This document shows, piece by piece, positions 38,400 through 52,451 of a DNA stretch of 64,000 bases (position 1 is its first letter; each line of letters begins with the position of its first letter). Source of the DNA: Chiloscyllium plagiosum. Taxonomy: Eukaryota. The translations under genes were made by a program, and so were the position numbers. The notes beneath the pieces are model-generated. The model searched no databases, was not told where the DNA came from, and was given only the letters and a program-made list of their open reading frames with translations. The stretch spans positions 17,348,179-17,412,178 of the forward strand of contig NC_057720.1 of NCBI RefSeq assembly GCF_004010195.1, written 5' to 3'.

Positions 38400-39106
38400 G
38401 TTTTGGTTATTCATTCACGGGATGTGGGTGTATCCGGCTGGATGACCATACCCACTTGTATCAAGGGTATTTGATACATGGGAACACCACCACCTGCAAA
38501 TTCCCCTCCATGCTACGCACCATCTTGACTTGGAAATATATCGCTGTTCTTTGTGTTGCTAGATCAGTATCCTGTAACACCCGCCCTAATGGTACAATAG
38601 GTATATCCACACTACATGCACTGCAGTGGTTTAAGAAGGCAGCTTATCATCACAGTCTCAATGGCCAGTGGGGAATTAAAGGGTGAGGCTGAATAGACTG
38701 GAACTGTTTTCCTGGAGCGTTGGAAGCTGAGGGGTGACCTTAGAGAGATTTATTAAATCATGAGGGGCATGCATAGGATAAATAGAGAAGATCTTTTTGC
38801 TAGGGTGGGGGAGTCCAGAACTAGAGGGCATAGGTTTAGGGTAAGAGGGGAAAGTTATAAAAGGTACCTAAGGGGCAACTTTTTCACACAGGCTGGTGCA
38901 TGTATGCAATGAGCTGACAGAAGAAATGGTGGAGGCTGGTACAATTGCAACATTTAAAAGGCATCTGAATGGGTCTATGAATAGGAAAGGTTTTGACGGA
39001 TATGGGCCAAGTGCTGGCAAATGGGATTAGATTAATTTAGGATATCTGGTCGGCATGGACGAATTGGACCAAAGGGTCTGTTTCCGTGCTGTACATCTGT
39101 GACTCT
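38400..39106 (+). mobile_element. CR1/L2 tail fragment followed by HER1-like CR1 3' end
   Basis: Matches the 3' ends at 31400-31500 and 32030-32450. Confidence 0.8.
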
Positions 39107-39306
39107 AAACTGATCATCGTGCTTGTAGATGTCACAGCATAAACTCTGAAATTCACCCCTCCACATCTTTGCTTTGCTCCTATAAGATAGTCCTTGAAAC
39201 CTACCTTTTGTAACCAAACTTGTAATATCCCCTTGTGACACAGCACCAAATTGTTTGATAACACTCTTGTAAAATGGCTTGGGACTACATTAGCCTGCAT
39301 TTTCAT

Positions 39307-39437
39307 AGTAGGCAGAAGTGAGGACTGCAGATGCTGGAAACCAGAGTTCAGGTTAGAGTGGTGCTGGAAAAGCACAGCAGGTCAGGCAACATGTGAGGAG
39401 CAGGAAAATTGACATTTTGGGCAAAAGCCCTTCATCA
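39307..39437 (-). mobile_element. Short Penelope-derived element, decayed hammerhead
   Basis: Minus strand GTGATGA-AGGGCTTTTGCCC-AAAATGTC; body homologous to 5453-5583. Confidence 0.75.
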
Positions 39438-40342
39438 CAGAAGTTTTTTTAGCATAAGTTATAGCTTACTATAGTTAATGGATGTGGCAGTGCACTCAAA
39501 TATATTGAATCTTAAAATGGTTACAGCACAGGAGGAGTCCTTCTGATTCTGTAAGTCTACCCTGAAATACTAATCCACTTAATGCCACTCACCACCTTCC
39601 TTGGCCTCGTGCGTTTATTTTCTTTAAAATGATGATCCAAAATCCCCTTGAATGCCTGACCCTGTTTCCTCCATGTAAAGGCATTGCGTTCCAGATACCA
39701 ACCATTTGAGTGTAAGCAAGTTTCATCTTCTGTCGTTTGCCTCTTTTGCCAAATTTAAGTGTTACTTCTTTTTTGTCTCTCCAGCAATGGGAATAGTTTC
39801 TCCCTATCGGTCTGTCCAGGTTTTTCATGACTCTGAATGCATCTATCAAATCTCTTGACCATCTCTCCTCGAACAATTCCACGTACTAAAGTTACTCCTT
39901 TCACTGCTGATATCATACTATTGAGACTTCTCTTTGTTCTCTATACTAAAGAATAGTACCTGGATAGATTATTAAAGCAGATGGCATTCAGGACTTAATT
40001 TATTGTGTTCTCAACCAGGTAGACAGGTTGAATAATTTTATGTGTAAGTTTTACACACGCATATCTTAGTCCTTCTGCTCCTGCACCCTGTTTAGAATTG
40101 TACCCTTCATTTTATGTTGTCTCCATGTGTTTCACTTCACACTTCTCTGCATTGTTAATCAACCTGTCTAACCTTTGAAATTCTATACAGTCTTTAGTAT
40201 AGCTTCCAGGTTTTGTATTGTCTGCAGATTTTTGAAATTGTGCTTTCTACTCTGGAGTCTAGTCGTTATGATGCACCAAAGAATGGGAGTGCTATCACAG
40301 ATTCCTAGGGAATTCTCTTATAAATCCAGAGAAGACAGAGGA

Positions 40343-41190
40343 TGGTGGTGGAGGGTTGTTTTTCAGACTGGAGGCCTGTGACCAGTGGAGTGCCACAAGG
40401 ATCGGTGCTGGGTCCTCTAAATTTTGTCATTTACATAAATGATTTGGATGCGAGCATAAGAGGTACAGTTAGTAAGTTTGCAGATGACACCAAAATTGGA
40501 GGTGTAGTGGACAGCAAAGAGGATTACCTCAGATTACAGCAGGATCTGGATCAGATGGGCCAATGGGCTGAGAAGTGGCAGATGGAGTTTAATTCAATAA
40601 ATGCGAGGTGCTGCATTTTGGGAAAGCAAATCTTAGCAGGACNNNNNNNNNNNNNNNNNNNNNNNNNNNNNNNNNNNNNNNNNNNNNNNNNNNNNNNNNN
40701 NNNNNNNNNNNNNNNNNNNNNNNNNNNNNNNNNNNNNNNNNNNNNNNNNNNNNNNNNNNNNNNNNNNNNNNNNNNNNNNNNNNNNNNNNNNNNNNNNNNN
40801 NNNNNNNNNNNNNNNNNNNNNNNNNNNNNNNNNNNNNNNNNNNNNNNNNNNNNNNNNNNNNNNNNNNNNNNNNNNNNNNNNNNNNNNNNNNNNNNNNNNN
40901 NNNNNNNNNNNNNNNNNNNNNNNNNNNNNNNNNNNNNNNNNNNNNNNNNNNNNNNNNNNNNNNNNNNNNNNNNNNNNNNNNNNNNNNNNNNNNNNNNNNN
41001 NNNNNNNNNNNNNNNNNNNNNNNNNNNNNNNNNNNNNNNNNNNNNNNNNNNNNNNNNNNNNNNNNNNNNNNNNNNNNNNNNNNNNNNNNGGTGCTGGCAG
41101 GTGGGACTAGTTTGGGTTGGGATATCTGGTCGGCATGGACGGGTTGGACTGAAGGGTTTGTTTCTATGCTGTACATCTCTGACTCTATGA
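40343..41190 (+). mobile_element. Young CR1-clade (HER1-like) LINE 3' fragment spanning gap 40643-41089
   Basis: VTSGVPQGSVLGP, KFADDTKIGG; tail as at 32350-32450. Confidence 0.9.
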
Positions 41191-42399
41191 CTGTATCTCT
41201 GGTCTGAAAGTCAGCCATTAACTGTTTCCTGTTACTCCACCACTCTACAATCCTGTTATTTCAAAACTTTTGAAATCTGTTGCATAGCACTTATGGAAGT
41301 TCATGTAATATTTTTTATTTGGGATGAGAGAATTAATTCTTCCATTACTTAAAGGAAACTTAGTTTTATTTTAATAGTCTGCTTGAAGGCTTAATTAGAG
41401 GTTGTGATTAATGGTGCTGGAACGTTGCCAATTTTGTGGGTGCCTTTCAGCACAATTTTCTTTTAAATTGGTAAAAAAGGAGTGTGAAAACTTGGCTTGA
41501 GAGAGCAAATTCAAATATTTTATGATGATTGGAATGAAAGCAAACTGAATTTTGGTATTTATTGTAACATTTGTGCTATGTTTCATATGTATATAATTAG
41601 AAGGTTCCTGTAATTTGTGGCTTAACACACAAAGCCATTTTAAGATTGCATTAATGGAATCATAAAATTTTGCATTGAAATGAGTCATGTATAACTATGT
41701 AATTCTGTTCTAATTTCCTCTGAAAATTGTCTTTTTACTAATGTTATTTACCATAATCATCACCTTATGGTGAATTCACATCCTAATACTAATAAGTACT
41801 TCTGTTATTCTTCGAGTGATCTTCATAATTCCTGTACATGTAGAAATAGTTACTGTGGCTGATGCAGTTAAAATACCAATTACCACTGATGTTGATGGGC
41901 TATTTCTTCAACTTTAGGGGTTGTACCAATTTGTATGACCAGGAATCTCTCCTCTTTACTTCACCTGTTTGGGAATATTATGAGCCTTAATTGTTTTGGA
42001 ACCATAGATCTTTACTCCTGTAAAGATGCTATTCAATCCATCCAAGTCAATTCGATGCTAGAGTAATCTAAAACTAATCTTATTTTTCCAAAATACTTCC
42101 ATTATTGTCCACTGTTATCTTTTCCAAATTTCTAGAATTTAACAACCACGGTGTGAATGTGTTGCATTATAGAGTACTTTTCTATTTTGCAATAGCTCTC
42201 TGTACAGAGGCTTTAAATTGGTATTTAATCAAAGATAACGAATAATAAAAATAACACTAATTCCTAAAAAACATGAGGCAGGACAACAATTAGGAAATGA
42301 GAGAGCGGCAGGGAGGTTAAACAAGCATTTTGTCTTCACAAGATGAGGCGCTTCATGTTTTCAAATTAGTAAAAGAAAATTTACTGCAAACATGAAATG

Positions 42400-43750
42400 G
42401 TCTAAAACGTGACAAATACCCTGGTTCTGATTGGCTTCGTCCCTGGGTTCCAAATGCAGTAGTTAGGGACGTTGGATACACTGATTGCAGAATCTAGGCA
42501 ATTTTGGAAGGTCAAGTGTGGTTTCTAGTGGTTCTGCAAGGGTCAGTGTTGGTACCACAACCTTTCACTTTATACATTTAATGAGCTGGATGAAAGAACT
42601 GAGGGCATTCTGGCTAAGTTTGCAGATGATACAAAAATAGATGGTGGGGGAGGTAGTATGGAGGTTGGGGGGGGGGGGCGGTGGGCAAGAAGGCTGCACA
42701 AAATTTAGACAGGTTAGGAGAGTGGGCAAAGAAGTGGCAGATGATATACACCATAGGAAAGTGTGAGATCATGCATTTTGGTAGGAAGAATAGAGGCAAA
42801 GACCATTTTCTAAATGGAGAGAAAATTCAGAAATCCAAAGTGCTAAAGGACTGGAGTCCCAGTCCAGATTACTCTTAAGGTAAACTTACAGGTTGAATCA
42901 ATAGTTAGGAAGGCAAATACAATTTGGCCTTTCATCTCAAAAGGACTTGAATGTAAAAGCAGGTACGTAGTTCAGAACCTTATAAGGCTCTGGTCAGACC
43001 ACAATTAGGGTTGTGAGCAATTTTGATCCCCATACCTCAAGAAGGATGTATTGGCTCTGGAGCAAGTCCAGAGGAGGTTCATGAGACTGATCCCAGGAAT
43101 AAAAGGTGTAACAACTTATGAGGAATGTTTTGAGAACTCTGGGATTATACTCAATGGGGCTTAGAAGGATGGGTGGGGAAGGGGATGGGAATCTGATTGC
43201 AACTTAGAATACTGCTCAGAATGGATAGAGTGGACATTGGGAGCATGTTTCCATTGGCAGAAGAGATGAGAGCCAGAGGGCGTAACCTTGGAGTAAAGGG
43301 AAGACCCTTTAAAATGGAGATGAGGAGAAACTACTTTCATCAGAGAGTGGTGAATCTGTGCAATCCATTGCCACAGAAGTCTATGGAGGGGCAGGGCATT
43401 AAATATATTTTAAAACAGATAAATTTTTGATTGCCAAGGGGATCAAAGGTTATGGGAGAAAGTGGAAAAAATAGGTTTTTCAGCCCTATCAATCACAATT
43501 TAATGTGGAGCCAATTTAAGATGGAGATGAGAGGAATTTCCTTTGAGGGTTGAAAGTCTTTGGAATTCTTTGCCACTGAGATCTGTGAGAGCAGATTCTT
43601 GTGCATATTTAAGGCTGAGGAAGATTTTTTTATCAGTAAGAGTTGAAGGTTACAGAGAAAGAGGATGTGAGAATGTTGGGATCAGCTGTGATTCTTTTGA
43701 ATGGTGAAGCGCGCTAAAGGAGCTGAATGGCCTATTCTTCCTATTTCTTA
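42400..43750 (+). mobile_element. Degraded CR1-clade LINE fragments
   Basis: KFADDTK, LGEWAKKWQM, FKMEMRRNYFHQRVVNL remnants. Confidence 0.8.
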
Positions 43751-44423
43751 TGGAGTTGAGTAACCTTGAATTAAATCTTCTCTTGACTATTTCTGCTGAA
43801 AGTGTATAGAATTTACAGTGTAAAAACATGATTGACACAGCTGGTCTGTACCTGTCACTGCTCCACACAAGTTTTGTCCAATCTTAATTTATCTCAATGT
43901 TGTCAGCATTATCTTTCTATCATTTTATAACTCATGTATTTATGTAGTCTTCTGTGATATGCACAAATCCATTTTTAACTATACTTTCTCATCCAGCTTT
44001 GGTCGTCCTACTGTCACAAGTCACTCCATAACTAGTGTCCCATGTCCAGAAACTGTTTTCTAACTTTCCAATATATGGATGCAATGCCTTTGACTTTTTT
44101 TCAACAAGGGATCCCAAACTGCCGATGGAACTCAAATGTGGTCTAACAAGTGTTCTGAGCAAATTGATATTTCCTGACCTGCATCAATTCAAATATTTCT
44201 ACACATGTAAACATAACTGCATTAACACAGTTATGTCTAAATTAATTTGTTCCAATTACAATTGTATCATTTGCTTAGGGATAATCATGGTTGCACTTCT
44301 TTTCATGTGTACCTAACCACTCTAGCTTTTAGGTGAGTAATTTAATGTTGAAAACTTGGATGGTGGTGTATATATATCTGGACTGTTATGTGAATAGTTT
44401 TGTTCTTGTTATAATGCCAACAG

Positions 44424-44575
44424 TGTCCTCAATTGCACAATCAAAATTATGTCCACCAACATCTGTAACTGGAAGTCAGAAACCAATGGTTGCACTACCA
44501 CCTCAGTCACGAATACCATCGTTGTCAGCCACTACACACGCTCCTCTAACACCAGCAGGACAGTCTGTTATAAAA
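44424..44575 (+). CDS. brdt: BRDT coding exon 4 (Ser/Pro/Thr-rich BD1-BD2 linker)
   Basis: (V)SSIAQSKLCPPTSVTGSQKPMVALPPQSRIPSLSATTHAPLTPAGQSVIK; acceptor CCAACAG| gives phase 1 matching exon 3; consensus donor |GTAAGT phase 0 matching the next exon. Poorly conserved, so supported mainly by splice sites and phase. Confidence 0.8.
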
Positions 44576-44949
44576 GTAAGTATTTCTATATCTGCACAGA
44601 CTGTGTTTTTGGAATTCTTCCCTGCAAAATCTGTTAAAATGGTAGCTGTTTTTGTTTTTAACCCTGCAGTCTGAGCAGTGTATCTGTTTGTTTGCCTGTT
44701 CAATTTTTGGGTCCTGCCTAACCGTAAAATGAGGTTAGTGTTCCACTACAATGCCAACATCTGCTTTTATTTGATTTATTGTTGTATGTATTTTTACTGT
44801 GGAAAGTGTTGTATAGTGTTGCCACACTCTGGCACCATCTTAAAATATGCAAAAATAAACCCAAAACATAGAATATGAAGGCAGAAAAATGAGTGTTCAA
44901 CTTTAAGTCCTCATTTAAGTGCTCCACTCTGGGCCATGGGCCTGGTGGC

Positions 44950-47900
44950 AGGCACAAGTCCTCTTCTCTGCACCACTGCTGCTGGAACAAACGTTGCAAC
45001 GCTTTGGCGCCATCTTACCTCCATCGATGCCCTCACAACAGAATCCTTGCTGGACCTTGTCAATGCCGATGTCACCAGGAATTGAACTGGACTCCTTTGT
45101 TGCCATAGGTCTGCTCTGGTAATGTGGAAAATTGCCCAGGTATGTACTATGCACAAAAAGCAGAACAAATCTAATTACTGCCAAATCAGCCTGCTCTCTG
45201 CCATCAGCAAAGTGATGGAAGGGGTCATCAGCAGTGCTGTCAAGTGGCACTTTCAAAGGAATAACATGTTAAGTTTGGGTTCCCAGGTCCCTTGGTACCT
45301 GATCTCGTTACTAACTTGTACAAAACATAGACAAAAGAGCTGAATTCCAGAGAGATCAAGGCATTGTCAAGAGGAAGAAGGGGGCTTATGTAACGGTGGG
45401 ACATGAAGGCTCAGTTAGGGCACTTTAGAGTTACAAGTTAGCTAGGAGGGACCTAAAGTGAGAGCTAAGAAGAGTCAGGAGGGAACATGAGAAGTCTTTG
45501 GCAGGTAGGATCAAGGAAAACCCTAAAGCTTTGTGTAGGTATGTCAGGAATGAAAGAATGACTAGAGTAAGAGTAGGGCCAGTCAAGGACAGTAGTGGGA
45601 AGTTGTGCATGGAGTCTGAAGAGATAAGAGAGGCGCTAAATGAATATTTTTCATCAGTATTCACTCAGGAAAAAGACAATGTTGTCGAGAATACTGAGAT
45701 ACAGGCTATTACACTAGATGGGATTGAGGTTCATGAGGTGGTGTTATCAATTCTGGAAAGTGTGCAAATAGAGGAGTCCCCTGGGCTGGATGGGATTTAT
45801 CCTAGGATTCTCTGGGAATCCAGGGAGGAGATTGCGGAGCTTTTGGCTTTGATCTTTGTCGTCATTGTCGACAAGAATAGTGCCAGCAGATTGGAGGATA
45901 GTAGAAATTGTCCCCTTGTTCAAGAAGGGGAGTAGAGACAACCCTGGTAATTATGCACCAGTGAGCCTTACTTTTGTTGTGGGCAAAGTTTTGGAAAAGT
46001 TTATAAGGGATAGGATTTATAATTATCTAGAAAGGAATAATTTAATTAGAGATAGTCGACACTGTTTTGTGAAGGGTAGGTCATGCCTCACAAACCTTGT
46101 TCTTTTGAGAAAGTGACCAAACAGGTGGATGAGGGTAAAGTGGTTGATGTGGTGTATATGGATTTCCGTAAAGCTTTTGATAAGGTTCGGCTACAGTAGG
46201 CTACTGCAGAAAATAGAGGCATGGGATTGAGGTTGATTTAGCAGTTTGGATCAGACATTGGTTAGGTGTAAAAAGACAGGGTGTGGTTGATGGGAAATGT
46301 TCATCCTGGAGTTCAGTTAATGTGCTGTACCACAAGGATCTGTTTTGTGGCACTGCTGTTTGTCATTTTTATAAATTTACCTGAATGTGGGCCTAGAAGG
46401 GCAGGTTAATAAGTTTGTGGATGACACTAAGGTTGGTGGAGTTGTGGACTGTGCCGAAGGATGTTGCAGGTTACAGAAGGACATAAATAAGCTGCAGAGC
46501 TGGGCTGAGGTGGCAAATGGAGTTTAATGCAGAAATGTGTGAGGTGTTTCACTTTGGAAGGACTAACAGGAATACAGAGTACTGGGCTGATCAGATTCTT
46601 GGTAGTGCAGATGAGCAGAGCAATCTTTGTCCATGTGCATAGATCCCTGAAAGTTGCCACCCAGGTTGATAGGGTTGTTAAGAAGACATATAATGTTAGC
46701 TTCTATTGGTGGAAGGATTGACTTTTCGAGCCATGAGGTCATGTTGCAACTATACAAAACCCTGGTGTGGCCGCACTTGGAGTATTGCGTACAGTTCTAG
46801 TCGCTGCATTATAGGAAGGATGTGGAAGCGTTGGAAAGAGTGCAGAGGAGATTTACCAACATGTTGCCTGGTATGGAGGGAAGGTCTTAAGAGGAAAAAC
46901 TGAGGGATTTGAGGATGTTTTCATTAGAGAGAAGGTTAAGAGGTGACTTAATAGAGCCATACAAGATGATCAAAGGATTAGAGTGCCTTTTTCCACATGG
47001 GAGTGGCTAGTACAAGGGGGCATAGCTTTTAAAAAAAATTGAGAGGAAGGTAGATATAGGACAAATGTCAGAGATGGATTGTTTTCACAGATCAGTGCAA
47101 CATTGAGGGCCAAAGGGCCTGTACTGCACTGTAATGTCTCCAGGCCACATTAGAATGTGGTATTGAAGGACTGTAGCAAAAATTGATTTATTGGGAAAAG
47201 ATACTGGTTGATGTCATATCTAACAAAAAAGGGCGATAGTTGCATTTGTTAAACCAATCATCTCAGCCCAGGAAATCACTGCACAAGTTCGTTAGGGTAG
47301 TATCTTAGATTCCTCCGCCTTCTCAAAGTTGGAAGTCACATGACACCAGGTTAGAGTCCATTGGGTTTATTTGAAATTACTACAAGTTTTTGGAGCGCTG
47401 CTCCTTTGTCAGGTTGAACTATAACCTGGTGTCGTGTGACTTCTGACTTTGTCCACCCTGGTTCAACACAGGCACTTCTGCATCATGACCTTCAGCAAAG
47501 TTCTCTAAAGAAATACTATGCAGACCTCCCAAGGTCCATGCCCAGCAACAGCTTCTGAAATTAGCAGAAGCTAATTGTTGGCACGGCAGCTGACATGAGT
47601 GGAGCTTACCAGTGGCAGCACAGCCACACCGCTTAGAGTGAAGGTTGACCTTTTACTCCAATAAATGTGCCTCCACCGTAAGATCAAATTGTGCAATCAG
47701 TGAAAATCCCCAATGTTCAACACCATTTGCTATTCCTCATGCTGAGGAGTTTGTATCTATAATTCTGGCTTAAGTTGTTAAGTGGCCTGTAATATTTATG
47801 CCACAGAATTGCCAGGTAATGATTTCCAGCAAAAGAAATCCATCCATCACCATCACTGAAGCTTTCTTTAGCAACATCCTACGGTTACCATTCACCAGAA

Positions 47901-48455
47901 ATCGAACTGACCAGAGCTTGTATCTAATGAGGTTACAACAGCAGGTTCAAGGCTAAGTATTCTGCAATGAGTAATCATGTCTGCCCTTGGAGTGTTTGTC
48001 CACAATCTACATGGCACAAGTCACATGTGTGATTTTCCAAGATGAATGTAGCTCCAACAGCATGCAAGAAGCTTAACATCATCTAGGACAAAGCAATCTA
48101 TCTGATTGGAACTCGGTTCACTTCCTACACCACCAATACACTGACAGCAGTGTGTATTGTCTACAAGATGGCAGTGACACTCAGGCTCCTTCAGTACCAT
48201 CTTTCAAATCCACAACCCCTACCAGCTGATGCATATGGACGCCACCATCAAGTTCCCCACCACGTTGCACACCATCCTGACTTGGAACTAAATCTGTTCC
48301 TTCACTGTCAAAGTCCTGTAGCTGCCTTCATAACCGCACCACACCCCAAGGACTATTGTGTTTCAAGAAGGTGATTTACCACATCCATCTCCATGGAAAT
48401 TGGAGATAACTAATGAAGGCTAGCCTGGCCAGAGATGATCCACATCCCATGAATG
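44950..48455 (+). mobile_element. CR1/L2-clade LINE interrupted by a CR1 ORF2 fragment (about 45370-47130) and a fold-back Penelope-type insert (about 47331-47488)
   Basis: NYCQISLLSAISKVMEG; IKENPKA...VPADWR...PGNYAPVSLT; inverted arms GAAGTCACATGACACCAGGTTA / TAACCTGGTGTCGTGTGACTTC. Confidence 0.8.
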
Positions 48456-49224
48456 AAGATACCACCAATTTGAGGGAAGGGCCTGGGACTCCTTTCTCTT
48501 GAATCCTACGAGGTGAATAACATGACACTTTCTTATTAGTCAAAGCCCTTACAGTATTTCCAGAATAAATAGTGATTAAGTCTTGGCAAAGTGTCCTAGA
48601 AAGTTTCCAAATACATTTCAAAAGGTCTCTGCAAACCGCCAACAACTAGGAAAAGAGTCTGCCTTTTGAAGTAAAGCTCAAATGCTGAGCAACAATTTCT
48701 TTGCTCCTCAGGCTGCTGTTAGGGAAATATATTAACTTTTAATGCTGTCCACCAAAATACTGTGCAGCCTGGATGATTATTAGAAGGCAATGTAGTTAAC
48801 AATAAGGCATGTAACTCCTCCAAATCAATGTTCTGAACTCTAAATTCTTGAAATGAATTCTTGTGCTAAGTGTCAGCTAAACTGTCTTTTCAACTCTCCT
48901 GTTGGCTACTTTGAAAACTCTTTAAAACCTGAAGGAATAATCCTGAATTGGTTTAAATGGAAGCACAAGCCAAATCTAATTATTTAGATGCAGTTACTTG
49001 GGTTTTGAGAATTAATTCAAGCACTAGGTTTCAGCAAATGCGTCTGCTTGCCAAACTTATATTGGTGTGGGTTTGAATAGGCAATTGGAAATGTTGTAAT
49101 GGAGAAAATATTAGAATAATGTGAATAGATGCGATCAACTTTCGGGAAAAGGCTTGATCACCTGATGTTCACCTGTTTCATTTTTGAACTTGCTGTCTTT
49201 AATGTGTTGATTTTTCATTTTAAG

Positions 49225-49590
49225 GCAAAGAAAGGTATTAAAAGGAAGGCAGACACTACTACACCTACTACTTCAGTTCCTACAATAAGTAGTGGATCCT
49301 CGCCAATCCTCTCAGAGTGCAAACCTACAAAAACCTGCTCCCCAGAGAAAAGCAGTCAATTAAGTAAGCCACCTACAAAGGATCTACCAGATTCTCAACA
49401 GCATCCAGCTGGGAAAAAAGACAAGTTGACAACAAATTTGCAACTTTGCAATGATATTCTCAAAGAAATGTTTGCAAAGAAGCATGCAGCATATGCGTGG
49501 CCTTTCTATGAGCCAGTGGATGCTGAAGCATTGGGACTTCATGATTATCATGATATTATTGAGCACCCCATGGACCTCAGTTCTGTGAAA
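49225..49590 (+). CDS. brdt: BRDT coding exon 5 (motif A and first half of bromodomain 2)
   Basis: [14 protein letters not shown]...KDLPDSQQH...[48 protein letters not shown]; acceptor TTTTAAG|, donor |GTAAGT; 366 nt, phase 0/0. Confidence 0.96.
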
Positions 49591-49826
49591 GTAAGTTCAT
49601 TTATTCTCTTGTCACCTTCCAGATCTTTCAATACTGAACAAATTGGAAGGTGTTAATCATCTATTTCATGAGGTAGTAAATTTCCACAAACCATATTTTG
49701 AATGTGTTCTTTTGATCCTGAATAACCAGGTTAAATGTTTTCAAATTTTGAAGCTGTTTTGCATTTCATTGTCAATTTTATCTTAAAGTAAGTTGGTGCA
49801 TTAACAACCATCATGATTTAGGGTGT

Positions 49827-50326
49827 NNNNNNNNNNNNNNNNNNNNNNNNNNNNNNNNNNNNNNNNNNNNNNNNNNNNNNNNNNNNNNNNNNNNNNNNNN
49901 NNNNNNNNNNNNNNNNNNNNNNNNNNNNNNNNNNNNNNNNNNNNNNNNNNNNNNNNNNNNNNNNNNNNNNNNNNNNNNNNNNNNNNNNNNNNNNNNNNNN
50001 NNNNNNNNNNNNNNNNNNNNNNNNNNNNNNNNNNNNNNNNNNNNNNNNNNNNNNNNNNNNNNNNNNNNNNNNNNNNNNNNNNNNNNNNNNNNNNNNNNNN
50101 NNNNNNNNNNNNNNNNNNNNNNNNNNNNNNNNNNNNNNNNNNNNNNNNNNNNNNNNNNNNNNNNNNNNNNNNNNNNNNNNNNNNNNNNNNNNNNNNNNNN
50201 NNNNNNNNNNNNNNNNNNNNNNNNNNNNNNNNNNNNNNNNNNNNNNNNNNNNNNNNNNNNNNNNNNNNNNNNNNNNNNNNNNNNNNNNNNNNNNNNNNNN
50301 NNNNNNNNNNNNNNNNNNNNNNNNNN
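49827..50326. other. Assembly gap (exactly 500 N); other gaps at 24096-24785, 26102-26368, 40643-41089
   Basis: Runs of N in the sequence. Confidence 1.
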
Positions 50327-50452
50327 TGATTAAGGGCCTATGCCCGAAATGTCGATTCATCTGCTCTTTGGATGCTGCCTGACCTGCTGTGCTTTTCCTA
50401 CACTACACTCTCTACTCTGATCTCCAGCATCTGTCGTCCTCACTTTCTCCTC
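50327..50452 (+). mobile_element. Penelope-type terminal repeat with hammerhead remnant, abutting the gap
   Basis: TGATTA-AGGGC-CTAT-GCCC-GAAATGTC followed by the shared GATGCTGCCTGACCTGCTG...CTCACTTTCTCC body. Confidence 0.75.
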
Positions 50453-50454
50453 CT

Positions 50455-51370
50455 GGACAGTGCACACAGCCTTCCATGGTTTCCTGTGGACTTGGGCAGA
50501 GCAGTTGCCGTACCAAGGCATTGTGCACCCAGATAGTATGCTTTCTAAGGTGCATCTGTAAAAGTTGAGGGTCCTTCTGGACATGCCAAATTTCCTCAGC
50601 TGCCTGAGTAAGAAGAGATGTTGTTGTGCCTCCTTGATTGTTGCATCTGCTGGGAAGTCCAGAACACATGGGTTATCGTCACTCCTCGGAACATGATACA
50701 CTCAATCTTCTTAGCTTCCACACTGTTGACATGGATGGGGGCCTGTTCTCCTTTCTTCCTGAAGTCATTGATCAGTACTTTTGCTTTGCAAACATTGACA
50801 GAGATGTTATCATTGCAGTACGACACCAAACTCTCACTCCTGTATTTTGACTCGTTGTTTGATATTCAGCTTTTATCACAACAGTGTCATCAGCAAACAT
50901 GTAGATCGCATTTGTTTGGAATTTGTGGCTACCCAGTTGTGGGTGCACAGGGGACTACAAATGCATCCTTGGGGGACTCCGGTGTTGAGAGTTATGGTGG
51001 AGGAGGTGCAGTTGTCTATATTCACTGATTGTGGTCTGTGAGTCAGGAAACTGAGGATCCTGTTGTAGAGGGTGGAGCCGAGACCTAGGTCATGAAGTTT
51101 TGATCTGTCTGGAGGGGATTAAGTGTTGAAGGTGGAGCAGTAGTTGATGAGTAGGAGTCTGACATAGGTGTCTTTGTTGCCTTGATTTTCTAGGGATGAG
51201 TGCAGGCCTAGGAAAATGGCATCCACTGTGGACTTAAGTCAGTAAGCAAATTACAGGGGATCAAGGCAGGCTGGGAGGCTAGAGTCTATGTGGGGCATGA
51301 CCAGCCCCTCAAAGCCCTTCATGGTTATGGAGGTCAGAGCAATTGGGTGGTAATCATTAAGGCACATTGA
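50455..51370 (-). mobile_element. Rex1/Babar-clade LINE fragment
   Basis: AQQHLFLLRQLRKFGMSRRTLNFYRCTLESILSGCTMPWYGNC and KAKVLINDFRK match the Rex1/Babar RT C-terminal pattern. Confidence 0.75.
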
Positions 51371-52135
51371 GCTTTTTCACCCATGAGCAGGCAAGGAATA
51401 GAAGGACCATATGCAGGCATATAGAATTTATTTAGAATGGCATCATGTTTGGTGTGGACATACTGGGCCAAAGGACTGTTCTATTACATTAGATGTGATT
51501 CTGGAAAAAGAAAATATGTTGTTGTAACCATGTCCAAGTTTTGCAAGAGTGGGCTGTTTGTGTACAATGAATATCTATCTATGAATAGTTGAACAATATA
51601 CTGTTTGATACGATTAGGCTTTGGGATTGATACAATCTAGGTCATAGCAGCACACTTGATTTGGCACCACATGAACAAGCATTCTCTACCTCCACCACTG
51701 ATGCTCAGTAGCAGTATGTACCTTTTTATACAAGAGTCACTGCAGATATTCACCAAAGCTAATTGGACAGTACTTCTAACCCCAGAGCCAATAGGACAAG
51801 ACCAGCAAGTAAATTAGACTCTGCCTTTAAACAAATCACCAACCTGACTTGGAAATATATGCCATTTCCTCTGTCACTGGGTCAAAATTATGGGACTCCC
51901 TGCCTAACAGAATTGTGGGTGTACCTGCATCAAATGGACTGTGTAGTGTTCCAAGAAGGCAGCTCTGCACATATTGTCAAAAGTAGTTCAGAATGGACAA
52001 TAAATGGTGGTCCAAACAGCACAGCCGGCATCTCATGAATGCATTAAAAAAAAGTATGAATTTCAGTACTGGTGTGATGGCAAGTCTGTTCACTATATGA
52101 CACAAAAACTGGCAGATTGTATAATGTAGCATTTT

Positions 52136-52451
52136 AGATTAGATTAGATTACATTACAGTGTGGAAACAGGCCCTATGGCCCAACAAGTCCACACTGACC
52201 CGCCGAAGCGCAACCCACCCATACCCCTACATTTGCCCCTTACCTAACACTACGGGCAATTTAGCAAGGCCAATTCACCTGACCTGCACATCTTTGGATT
52301 GTGGGAGGAAACCGGAGCACCCGGAGGAAACCCACGTAGACACTGGGAGAACGTGCAAACTCCACACAGTCAGTCGCCTGAGGCGGGAATTGAACCCGGG
52401 TCTCTGGCGCTGCGAGGCAGCAGTGCTAACCACTGTGCCACCGTGCCGCCC
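52136..52451 (-). mobile_element. Young full-length HE1-like V-SINE
   Basis: Reverse complement begins GGGCGGCACGGTGGCACAGTGG; near-identical to 25694-26006; (GATTA)n on the plus strand. Confidence 0.92.
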
